A stretch of 64,000 nucleotides of DNA from an uncultured Chloroflexia bacterium (GTDB lineage Bacteria; Chloroflexota; Limnocylindria; Limnocylindrales; CSP1-4), in contig CAVWFY010000009.1 of NCBI GenBank assembly GCA_963754485.1, positions 8,747 through 72,746 of the forward strand, written 5' to 3'. Each line of letters begins with the position of its first letter. Position 1 is the first letter of the stretch. The position numbers and the translations under genes are program-made. A model generated the notes under the pieces. The model was not told where the DNA came from. It ran no database searches and was given only the letters and a program-made list of their open reading frames with translations. Below are positions 50,601 through 61,511 of the stretch, one piece after another.

Positions 50601-51670
50601 AGGCCATCGCCCCGCTCGCGACGCCGTCAGCACCGGCAACCCTCAAGGTGTCCGACATGTTCACCCTCATGCCGTACGAGAACTCGCTCGTGGTGCTGGA
50701 CATGAACGGACCGCAGATCAAGGCGGTCCTGGAGCGCGCCTACCGCAACTACTACTACTACAAGTACGTGCCCGGCTATGGCGGGTACTCGTACTACACG
50801 ACCTGCATGATCGACACGAACTCGATCGGGCGCATCTACTACAACGACACCTCGCCCGCGCTGCCCGACGGATCGAACGTCAAGGCGCTGATCATCGACG
50901 GCGCGCCGGTCGATTTCGCTAACGCCACGAAGTTCTACAGGGTCTCGACGGTCAACTACCTGGTGGCCGGATCGTGCAACTTCAACGACGCCGGAGTGAG
51001 CCTCTGGCCGATCAACCAGATCGTCAACGACACCCAGTTCTACGTCCGCGATGCGGTCATCGACTACGTCACGGCCAAGGGCACCGTCTCGCCTGTCATC
51101 GAAGGGCGACTTCTCTTTGGCGACACGGTCGCGCCGGTCGTCACGATCAACGCGCCGACTGCCACGACCTACATGCACCCGGGCCTGCTGACCCTCGACT
51201 TCAGCGCCGTTGACGGTAGCGATGGCACCACGCCGTCGTTCGCCGCCCCATCCGGCGTGAAGACGCTTGCCGGCACGCTTGATGCGGCCGCCGTCTCGAA
51301 TGGCCAGGTCATCGACCTGCATACGCTCGCCCTGGGCGACCACACGCTCACGGTCACGGCCACCGACTTCTACGGGAACACGGCGGCCAAGTCCGTCACG
51401 TTCAGCGTCACGGCCACCGTGGCAAGCCTCAAGGCATCCGTGAACCGGTTCTATGCCGAGGGCAAGATCACCAAGGCCCTCGTCCGCGACAGCCTGCTCG
51501 GTCAGCTCACCGTCGCCGAGAAGTCCATCGCCGCCGGCAACAAGAAGGCGGCGACCAACCAGCTCAACGCGTTCATCAGCCTCGTCAAGGCGCAGAGCGG
51601 CAAGAGCATCTCGCCCTCGGCCGCGACGTTGCTGATCAACGACGCGAAGTACGTGATCGCCCACCTCTAG
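47653..51670 (+). pseudogene. secreted tandem double-module 5'-nucleotidase/metallophosphatase with C-terminal Ig-like and FIMAH-like domains; frame broken at least 10 times between about 48200 and 50050
   Basis: GGAGG lies 7 nt upstream of the GTG at 47653, and a signal peptide ends at ...ASAAPA. Module 1 reads ILHTNDFHGQLE, DAGDEMQGS, GNHEFD, VVLSHLG, GGHSH. Module 2 reads ILHHNDSHGNL, GGDNIQGD, GNHEFNFG, ALTHIG, GSHSHT. The pieces are scattered over all three frames (ORF-track entries 47587, 48243, 48798, 49286, 49662, 49762). The last 1548 nt (50123-51670) are one open frame. Confidence 0.75.
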
Positions 51671-51723
51671 CCACCGGGGCGGCCTCGCCGCCACCACTGA
51701 ATCCTCATCTCGAGCCAGTATCC

Positions 51724-51752
51724 AGAGCCCGTCGGCCCCGCCGGCGGGCTCT
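51724..51752 (+). terminator. GC-rich hairpin after the nucleotidase gene
   Basis: AGAGCCCG-TCGGC-CCC-GCCGG-CGGGCTCT forms a 13-bp stem (one G-U pair) with a 3-nt loop, followed by TCGATCTCT. Confidence 0.5.
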
Positions 51753-51876
51753 TCGATCTCTGGGCGTCGAGGTGGTGCCCGAGTGCACCGCGGCACAGAA
51801 AGCAGAGTGACGTGGAGCGGTTGGGTTTGGTAGGGTCCGGTGCCAACCCGTCCCGTCCCATGGAGAACCCCTATCG

Positions 51877-53731
51877 ATGAAGCGTTCGCGTCTCGCGGCT
51901 CTTGCCGCCGTCGGCATGCTGGTTGCCGTCACCGCCCCCGCGGCCCTCGCCAGGCCCGGTGACGGGTCGAAGGCCGAGCAGAATGCCCAGACCACCGAGG
52001 TCCAGGTCCTCGCGCTCAACGACTTCCACGGGAACCTCGAGTCCCGCCCAGCAGCTCGGGCGGCCGGATCGGTGCGCTCCAGGGCACCTCCCCGAGCCAG
52101 ACGTGCCTCCCGCCCGGGTGCATTCCGGCCGGCGGGGCCGAGTACCTCGCGACGCACGTCCGCACGCTGGAGGCACACGAACCCGAACACGCTGTTCGTC
52201 TCCGCCGGTGACCTCATCGGCGCCACGCCGCTCGTCTCGGCCGTGTTCCACGACGAGCCGACGATCGAGGCCTTCAATCTGATGGGCCTCGACTTCAATG
52301 GCGTGGGCAACCACGAGTTCGACGAGGGTGTCGACGAGCTGCTGCGCATGCAGAACGGCGGCTGCCACCCAGCCGACGGCTGCCAGGACGGGACGATGCC
52401 GGTTCGCCGGCGCCGACTTCCGGTTCCTCGCCGCCAACGTCGCCTACAAGGACAGTGGTGAGACGATCTTCCCGCCGTACGCGATCAAGGAGTTCAGGGG
52501 CGTCAAGGTCGGCATCGTGGGCATGACCCTCGAGGGCACACCTTCGATCGTTTCTCAGGCCGGCATCTTCGTCCGTGGACTTCTTCGACGAGGCCGACAG
52601 CGTCAACGCGCTGGTTCCGATCCTCCGGGAGCAGGACGTCGAGACGATCATCGTGCTGCTCCACGAGGGCGGCGTGGTGCGAGGCCGGCAACCCGCGCAA
52701 CGGAGCGACCGGCGATCAACTCCTGCGGCAACCTGAGCGACGCAACCTGCCGCCATCGTCGAGCGCATGACGACGAGATCGACGTCGTCATCACCGGCCA
52801 CACCAACTGGGCCGTCAACTGCGTCATCGACGGCAAGGTCGTCACCGGTGCCGCCCACCAGGGCCGCCTGGTCACGGACATTGACATGACGCTCAGTCGC
52901 GCGACGAAGAACCCGGTCAGCATCAGCGTCAACAACGGATCGTCACCCGCGACGTCACCAAGGCGGCCGACGATCACCGCTCTGATCAGCGAAGTACAAG
53001 ACCCTGTCGTGCGCTCCGTCGCCAACCGTGTGATCGGGAAGATCACGGCCAGCATGATCTCCGCTGCGGCCGGAACGATGGGGAGTCGCCGCTCGGCGAT
53101 CGGATCGCCGATGCCCAGAACTACGACGCCCAGCAGGCCGGCACCGGCTCCCAGATCGCGTTCATGAACGCCGGCGGGATCCGCGGCTGATCTCCTGTAT
53201 CCCCAGATCAGCGGCGGGGAGCAGCCTGGGGAAGTCACCTACGGCGAGGCGTTCACGGTCCAGCCGTTCGGGAACAGCCTCGTCACCATGAAGACCTGAC
53301 CGGAGCACAGGTGGACGCCGTGCTCGAGCAGCAGTTCAGCGGTGGCATCGGGATCGCTCCAGGTGTCCGACGGGTTCACCTACACCCGCGACGACGTCGG
53401 CCGCAGTCGGCGCGAATCGATCCGGCGGCATCACACTCGCCGGCGTGCCGCTCGACCCGGCCGCGACCTACCGCGTCACGGTGAACAGCTTCCTTGTCGA
53501 CGGTGGCGACAACTTCACGGTCTTCGACGGGACGGCACCGACCGGGTCGCCGGCAACGTGGACACGACGCGTTCGAGAACTTCCTCGTCGTCAACGAACC
53601 CGGCCGGCATCGCACCCCGCGGTCCGAGCAGATCGGATCGTCGTCGTTCCGTACGGGCGACTGCGCGACGCCACCAGCCAGCGAGACCGGCGTCCGATTC
53701 GGGCGCCGGTCTCGCGACTTCCCGCGGATAA
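51877..53731 (+). pseudogene. secreted bifunctional metallophosphatase/5'-nucleotidase; frame broken about 15 times
   Basis: It has a signal peptide (MKRSRLAALAAVGMLVAVTAPAALA). The collinear motifs are spread over three frames: VLALNDFHGNLE, NPNTLFVSAGDLIGATPL, GVGNHEFDEG, CHPADGCQDG, FAGADFRFLAANV, LLHEGG, DVVITGHTNW, ESPLGD, AFMNAGGIR, TYGEAFTVQPFGNSLVTM, LQVSDGFTYT, YRVTVNSFLVDGGDNF, DRIVVVP. The 3' end is uncertain. Confidence 0.75.
53681..53715 (+). terminator. 12-bp perfect-stem hairpin between the nucleotidase gene and uvrC
   Basis: GCGAGACCGGCG pairs with CGCCGGTCTCGC across an 11-nt loop. There is no clear T-tract. Confidence 0.4.
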
Positions 53732-53738
53732 TCGCCGC

Positions 53739-55596
53739 GTGACCCCCGAGCTCAAGGCGACCCTCGCCACCCTGCCCGATCGACCCGGCGTGTACCTGAT
53801 GAAGGACGCGCGCGGCGAGGTGCTGTACGTCGGCAAGGCCCAGAACCTGCGCAGTCGCGTGCGGAGCTACTGGCAGAAGCAGGCGCCGAGCGCCCGCGGC
53901 GGGTACCACCAGATCCGCGAGGCGATCGGCCGCGTGGTGGATCTCGAGGTGACCGAGGTGGACTCGGTCTCGGAGGCGCTGCTGCTCGAGGCGAACCTCA
54001 TCAAGCGCTACAAGCCGCGCTTCAACGTCCGCCTCAAGGACGACAAGAGCTACCCGTACATCAAGGTCACGCTGGGGGACGACTTCCCGCGCATCGAGCG
54101 GACGCGCAAGCTGCCCAACGACGGCTCGCGCTACTTCGGGCCGTACGCGTCCGCGAGCTCCGTGGACGAGGCCATGAACCTGGTCCGGCGGCTGTTCCCG
54201 TTCCGGACCTGCACGATCGACATCCGGGAGGGTGAGCGGGCCCTCGCGAGGCCCTGCCTGCTGTACCACATCAAGCGCTGCCAGGGCCCCTGCATCGAGG
54301 CCATCGCACGCACCGCGTACCGCCGCGACATCGCGCAGGTGGAGCTGTTCCTGGAGGGCAACGCCGACACGCTGCTCGAGGGGTTGCGCCACGAGATGCA
54401 CGTCGCGTCCGAAGGGGAGCAGTACGAGAAGGCGGCGGTCGTCCGGGACAAGATCCGGTCCATCGAGCGGACGATGGAGAGCCAGAAGATGGCCGCCTTC
54501 GCCCGCACGGAGCTGGACCTCGTGGCGATGGCCCGCAAGGACGACCAGGCCGCGGTGCAGCTGTTCGTCGTGCGCAACGGCAAGATGCTGGGCCGGGACG
54601 TGTTCTTCCTCGAGGCCCACCACGACGTCCCCGACGACGAGGTGCTCGGCCAGTTCCTGCTCCAGTACTACGCTCGGGCCACCAGCGTCCCGCGCGAGGT
54701 GCTCGTCCCGCGCTCCGTGACCGATACCGCGGACATCGAGGCATTCCTGGCCACCCGGCGGGGGAGCGCGGTCCGCCTGCGGACCCCCCAGCGGGGCGAG
54801 AAGCGCGAGCTGATGGACCTGGCTTCCCGCAACGCCGCCGAGTCGCTGGCCCGTGAGGCCGCGCGCTGGCTGGCCGACGAAGGCCGGACGCTCGGGCGCA
54901 CTCGAGGAGCTGGCCGCGGCCTTGGGGCTCCCCGGGCCGCCGATGCGGATCGAGTGCTACGACATCTCCAACTTCCAGGGGGCGCAATCGGTCGGCAGCA
55001 TGGTGGTGTTCGAGGAAGGCCGGCCGCGAACGGGGGAGTACCGGCGGTTCCAGATCAGGACCGTGCAGGGCTCGAACGACTTCGCCAGCCACCAGGAGGT
55101 CCTTCGCCGCCGCTTCCGCGGCGCCAGGGCCGGCGAGGAGGGGATCGAGGAGGAGCGTCGCTGGGCGATGCCGGACCTCGTCATCGTCGATGGGGGCCGG
55201 GGCCAGGTGAGCGCTGCCAAGGAGGTCCTCGATGAGCTTGGCCTCGGCGACCTCCCGCTGGCGGGCCTGGCCAAGGAGCGCGAGGAGCTGATCCTCCCGG
55301 ATCGTGATGAGCCGGTCGTGCTGCCGGTCACCTCGCAGGCGCTCTACCTCGTCCAGCGCCTGCGCGACGAGGCCCACCGGTTCGCCATCACCTACCACCG
55401 GAACCTGCGCAACCGGAAGGCGGTCAAATCGGCGTTCGACGACCTGCCCGGCGTAGGCCCCAAGCGCAAGCGCGAGCTGCTGAAGGTCTTCGGGTCGGCG
55501 AAGCGGGTGCGCGAGGCCCCGGTCGAGCAGATCGCGGCGGTCCCCGGCATCGGCCGGGCGCTGGCGGAGCGGATCAAGGCCCACCTGGAGGCCTGA
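53739..55596 (+). CDS. uvrC: excinuclease ABC subunit C, reading frame broken once
   Basis: A GTG at 53739 gives (M)TPELKATLATLPDRPGVYLMKDARGEVLYVGKAQNLRSRV (GIY-YIG). It has a UVR domain, an endonuclease domain (IECYDISNFQG) and a C-terminal HhH (LPGVGPKRKRELL). The break falls at the GGG run 54894-54896. Confidence 0.9.
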
Positions 55597-55709
55597 TGCC
55601 TCTTGCGCCTGCAGGTCCGGGCGCCACGATGGGCCTGATCGCGGAGCCGATGTAACGGTTCGCGTCCACCGGCGTCCTAGGTTCCGGGGATCGACCGGGA
55701 GGGCGTGCG

Positions 55710-58700
55710 ATGGACCGCGGTGAATACAGGATCGAGTCGCTCGAGCGGCGCGTCCGGCATCTCGAGCGCCGGCTGGCGAGGTTCGAGGAGGGGGCGCCGG
55801 CGGAGGCACGCCACGAGCCGCCTGTCGAGACCAGGGCGCTCCCGCTTCCGCCCTTGCCGCCGACCATGCACGCCCCGTCGAGGGACCCAGCTCCCGCTCA
55901 CGCGCCGCTCCCGGCATTCGTGCCGTCGGCCCGGCCTGCCCCGCCGATCGTCGCGCCGACCACCCAGGCGTTGTCCGCACCGGTCGTCCCGCCCTCGTCT
56001 GCCTCGTTCTCCGAGGGCTGGCACACCACGGCTGCCCGGTCCACCACGGCTGCCTGGTCCACCACGGCGACCCGGACGCCGATCTCCCTGAAGGACCTCG
56101 AGGAGCGGTTCGCCGGGCGTGCGCTCGCGTGGGTCGGGGGCATCGCCCTCGTCGCGGCCGCCATCTTCTTCCTCAGCCTCGCCTTCAGCCGGGGCTGGAT
56201 CACCGAGCCGATGCGGGTCGCCATCGGGTTGACCGCGGGTATCGTCGCGTTTGCTGCCGGGGCGGTCCTGCTGGCCCGCAAGAACCCGCTGGTGGGCAAC
56301 GTCCTCGCCGGTGTCGGCCTGGGCATCGTGTCCGTGTCGCTGTTCGCGGCCACCCGCCTGTACGGGCTGATCCCCCCCGAGGCGGGCCTCGCGGGGGCAC
56401 TCGTCGCCGCGATCGCGGCCGCTGCCGTCGCCGTCCGCTACGACGCGCGGAGCGTGGCCGCCTTCGGGCTGGTCGCCGCGCTGATCGCACCGCCAGTGAT
56501 GGGCGCGTCGCCCACCCTGCTCACGCTCCTGTTCGTCGCCGTCACGCTGGTGGGCTCGACGGCGGTCTCGCTCTTCCGCTCGTGGCGCTGGCTCCCGTCG
56601 CTGGCCTTCGTGCTGGCGGCACCGCAGCTGGCGAACTGGCTGTCGGGCGATCCCGACACGACCCAGGCGGTTGTCGCGTTGACCGGCTTCTGGCTCGTCA
56701 ACATCATCGCCGCGGCCGGCGAGGAGGTGCGCATCCGGCGAGACGACCTGCGGCCGTCGAGCGCGATCCTCGTGCTCGCCAACGCCACGTTCCTGCTCTG
56801 GGGCATCTTCGTCGTCCTCGACGGCGGCCTCGACGCCTGGCGGGGCTCCGCGATTGCGCTCGCCTCGCTCGCGCACCTGCTCGTGGGCGGCTGGTTCCTG
56901 TTCCGCCAAGGGTGGGAGCACCTGTTCGGCAACCTCGTCGCCGGCACCGGTGTCGCCCTCGTGGCCATCGCGGCCTTCGTGCAGCTGGGTGCGCCCGCGG
57001 TCCCGGTGGCGTGGGCCGCCGAGGCGGTGGCGCTTGCCTGGCTGGCGGTGCGCCGGCGTCACATCTGGTCGGCGGGCGCGGCGCTGATCCTCGGAGGGAT
57101 GGCGATCGCGCACCTTGTCGTGGTCGAGTATCCGCTGCGGGAGGCCGGCATCCCGGCCGCGACGACGTTCGCGCCGCCGCTGCTGAACCCCGAGGGCGGC
57201 TCGCTGCTCGCCGTGCTGCTCGCTCTCGCGCTCACGGGTGGTCTCGTCCCGGTCCGCTGGATCCGGTCGGTGTTCGCCGGCGTCGGGGTGCTCCTCGTCG
57301 CCTACGCCATGACCTTCATGGCGACGGGACCGGCCCTGGCTGCGGGGCTGGTGCTGACCGGGCTGGCCGGGCTCCTCCTGGACCGCCTGGTCGCCCGGCT
57401 GTCCACCGCGGACGGATTGGAGCCGGTCTCCGGCTGGGCGGACTTCGGCTGGTCTGCCTCGGTCGCGGCCGTTGGGCCCGGGCTGATGGCCGTGGTGCTC
57501 CTGTTCTCGACGGAGTTCCGGCCGCAGGACCTCGGTACCCTCGCGGCATCCCCGTTCCTCAACCCGGCCTGCCTGTCGCTCGCGGTGGTCCTCGCGGGAC
57601 TGGTGGCCGCGGGAATGCTCGTGCCCGTCCGCTGGCTCCGTTCGGGCTTCGCCGGCCTGGGAATCCTGCTGGCGGCGTGGGCGTTCGCCTTCCAGGTCAC
57701 GGGCGTGGATCTCGTCGCGCTGCTGGCCGCGCTGCTGCCCGCAGGGGTGGTCCTCGACCGCTGGCTGGCACGGCTCCCGGACGACGAGCGCTTCGCGACG
57801 ACGTCGAGCCTCGTCTCCTTCGCACTATCCGCCACCGCCGCCGGAGCCGTCGCGTGGACAGCATCGGCCATGTACGCGGTGGCCACGTTCCTCGATCCGA
57901 CCGGCTGGGGTCAGGTCACGCCACCTTCCGTGCCGTTCAGCGACGAGCGCGCCCTCGTCGCGGCACTGCTCGCCGGGGCAGCCCTCGCCGCGGCCCGCTG
58001 GCTGGCGCCGATGGCGCTCCGGCGGGTTGCGGTCATCGCAGCGATCGTCACGGCCGCCTGGGTCGTGCCGTTCGAGGTCTATGCCGACCTGGTGGTCGTG
58101 CTCTGGGTCGCGCTGGCGGTCGCCGCCCTGGGGACGATCCGCTGGGACCGCCGGGGCGGGATTGCGTACGCGGGCGTCGCCTCGATCCTGTGGATCGGCG
58201 GCGCCGGTGTCGCCTTCGGGATCGTCGCGCGCCCGGACCGGCTGTGGGTCGTGGACACGTCCCTCGAGGAGCGCGCACAGCTCCTCGCGCTGTGGCCGCT
58301 CGCGTTCGTTGCCCTCGCCCTCGGGGCGTACCTCGCCCCGCGGCACCCCGTGTTCGCCAGGTGGCGGGCATGGCTCGAGGTGACGTCCGGGATGCTCCTC
58401 GTGTACGCGATGTCCATCGCGGTCGTCAGCCTCTTCCAGCGCCAGGTCGGAGGCTCGACGGCCGTGGAGGAGCTGGCCAAGCAGGCGCAGACCGCCCTCA
58501 CCGTCACCTGGACGCTCATCGGCGCGGCGGCCCTGGTCGTCGGTCTTGTCCGGCACCGCCCGATGCTGCGGCACGCGGGCTTCGGCCTCCTCGGACTCGC
58601 CGTCGCCAAGGTCGCCATCATCGACATGGCGTCCATGGACGTGGCCTACCGGGCCGTGGTCCTGGCCGGCGTCGGGCTGCTGCTCCTGGGTTCCGCCTAC

Positions 58701-58772
58701 CTGTGGACGCACTTCCGCGGGCCGCGCTCCGGGGCGACCGGGATCACGGGAGGACCGCACCCCGTCGGGTGA
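55710..58772 (+). CDS. DUF2339-type large polytopic membrane protein
   Basis: It has an N-terminal coiled-coil (YRIESLERRVRHLERRLARFEE), a Pro-rich linker and then more than 25 hydrophobic segments. It is intact over 1020 aa. An 18-bp tandem repeat of 3 units lies at 56024-56077. Confidence 0.7.
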   Translation: MDRGEYRIESLERRVRHLERRLARFEEGAPAEARHEPPVETRALPLPPLPPTMHAPSRDPAPAHAPLPAFVPSARPAPPIVAPTTQALSAPVVPPSSASFSEGWHTTAARSTTAAWSTTATRTPISLKDLEERFAGRALAWVGGIALVAAAIFFLSLAFSRGWITEPMRVAIGLTAGIVAFAAGAVLLARKNPLVGNVLAGVGLGIVSVSLFAATRLYGLIPPEAGLAGALVAAIAAAAVAVRYDARSVAAFGLVAALIAPPVMGASPTLLTLLFVAVTLVGSTAVSLFRSWRWLPSLAFVLAAPQLANWLSGDPDTTQAVVALTGFWLVNIIAAAGEEVRIRRDDLRPSSAILVLANATFLLWGIFVVLDGGLDAWRGSAIALASLAHLLVGGWFLFRQGWEHLFGNLVAGTGVALVAIAAFVQLGAPAVPVAWAAEAVALAWLAVRRRHIWSAGAALILGGMAIAHLVVVEYPLREAGIPAATTFAPPLLNPEGGSLLAVLLALALTGGLVPVRWIRSVFAGVGVLLVAYAMTFMATGPALAAGLVLTGLAGLLLDRLVARLSTADGLEPVSGWADFGWSASVAAVGPGLMAVVLLFSTEFRPQDLGTLAASPFLNPACLSLAVVLAGLVAAGMLVPVRWLRSGFAGLGILLAAWAFAFQVTGVDLVALLAALLPAGVVLDRWLARLPDDERFATTSSLVSFALSATAAGAVAWTASAMYAVATFLDPTGWGQVTPPSVPFSDERALVAALLAGAALAAARWLAPMALRRVAVIAAIVTAAWVVPFEVYADLVVVLWVALAVAALGTIRWDRRGGIAYAGVASILWIGGAGVAFGIVARPDRLWVVDTSLEERAQLLALWPLAFVALALGAYLAPRHPVFARWRAWLEVTSGMLLVYAMSIAVVSLFQRQVGGSTAVEELAKQAQTALTVTWTLIGAAALVVGLVRHRPMLRHAGFGLLGLAVAKVAIIDMASMDVAYRAVVLAGVGLLLLGSAYLWTHFRGPRSGATGITGGPHPVG

Positions 58773-58903
58773 TCGAGGCCACCCGGTCAGGCGTGGTGGT
58801 CGGGCCCCGCTGTCACCGCCCACGCACGCCGAGACCCGGGCCCGGTCGCTGGCCACCGGTCCGCGCCACGCGGATCGGCGGTCCCCTGTATCATCCCGCC
58901 CCG

Positions 58904-60281
<1,378 letters not shown>

Positions 60282-60289
<8 letters not shown>

Positions 60290-61399
60290 CATCATCGGCA
60301 AGCGGAACTGGTTCTTCGCCTTCTCGCTGCTCATCACCATCCCGGGCCTGATCTTCCTGCTCCTGGGTCCCGTGACGGGGGGAAAGTCGGCCTGCAGTTC
60401 GCCATCGACTTCACGGGCGGCACCGTCTGGACCATCCGGTTCGAGGACGGGAACGTCACCCCGGCGCAGGTCCAGGACGTCGTTGCGAGCCAGGGCTTCG
60501 ACTCCTCGGCGACGAAGACCGGCGACGGCTTCATCGAGATCCGGACCAAGGAAGCGGCTCTTTCGGCACCTGCACCGGTAATCGCGCCGCTCCCGTCCGC
60601 TGCTCCATCCGCCTCCCCTGGCGCATCGGCTAGCCCCGCCGCATCGCCATCTGCATCGGCCAGCCCCGCCGCATCGGCGTCGCCGTCCGCCTCCCCGTCG
60701 GCCGCGCCGGGCGCGGTCCCGGGCAGCGACCTACCGACCTCGGGCAAGCTGGGCGAGGTGCGCGTGGCGCTGGAAGAGGCGCTGGGCCCGATCGCCGAGC
60801 AGCAGTCGCTGGCCGCGGTGGGCGCCGTCGTCTCGAGCGACCTCATCACGCAGGCCCTGACCCTGATCTTCTTCGGCGCCATCGGCATCATGCTCTGGAT
60901 CACCTACCGGTTCCGCGACTTCAAGATGGGCGTCACTGCGCTGATCGCGCTGCTGCACGACGTGCTCGTGGTCGTCGGCGCCTTCGCCATCATGGGCACC
61001 TTCACCGGCATGCTGATCGACAGCCTGTTCGTGACCGCGATGCTCACGGTCATCGGCTTCTCGGTCCACGACACGATCGTCGTCTTCGACCGGGTGCGCG
61101 AGAACCGCGCCCGTCATGTCGGCGAGCCGTTCGACCGGATCGTCAACCACTCGATCCTCCAGACCTTCGGCCGGTCGATCACCACCAGCCTCACGGTCGT
61201 GATCACGCTGCTTGCGCTGCTGTTGTTCGCGGGCGACGCGATCGGCACCTTCGTGCTGGCGCTGCTCATCGGGATCGTCTCGGGGACCTACTCCTCGATC
61301 TTCAACGCGAGCCCCCTCCTCGTGGTCTGGCACCAGTGGGAGGACCGCCGACGGCTCCGTGACGCCGCGGCTCGCCCGAGTCGCCGCGCCACCACGTGA
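60282..61399 (+). CDS. secF: protein translocase subunit SecF, reading frame broken once
   Basis: The GTG at 60282 overlaps the secD end. It reads FDIIGKRNWFFAFSLLI, then GLQFAIDFTGGT in the -1 frame from 60386. The break falls in the G6/A3 run at 60377-60385. The C-terminal TM block reads LLHDVLVVVGAFAIMG..., DTIVVFDRVREN. Confidence 0.85.
60623..60682 (+). repeat. 30-bp tandem repeat (2 units) in the SecF Ala/Ser/Pro-rich insert
   Basis: The two units are GCATCGGCTAGCCCCGCCGCATCGCCATCT and GCATCGGCCAGCCCCGCCGCATCGGCGTCG. Confidence 0.85.
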
Positions 61400-61511
61400 T
61401 CCCCGGGACCCGGCCGTCCCCGGGACCCGGATCCTCCTCGCGCAACCCGGGTAGCGCCGCGCCACGGGCCCTGCAAGTCGCGGCGAAGCCGCCCATGGCA
61501 TCCTGCTGACG

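Noticed and set aside
61401-61430. Direct 13-mer repeat CCCCGGGACCCGG x2 after secF as a regulatory element
   Set aside because: It is short and GC-rich and lies in a 112-nt intergenic gap. It may contribute to a weak terminator hairpin, but the pairing is imperfect and I cannot support a specific function.
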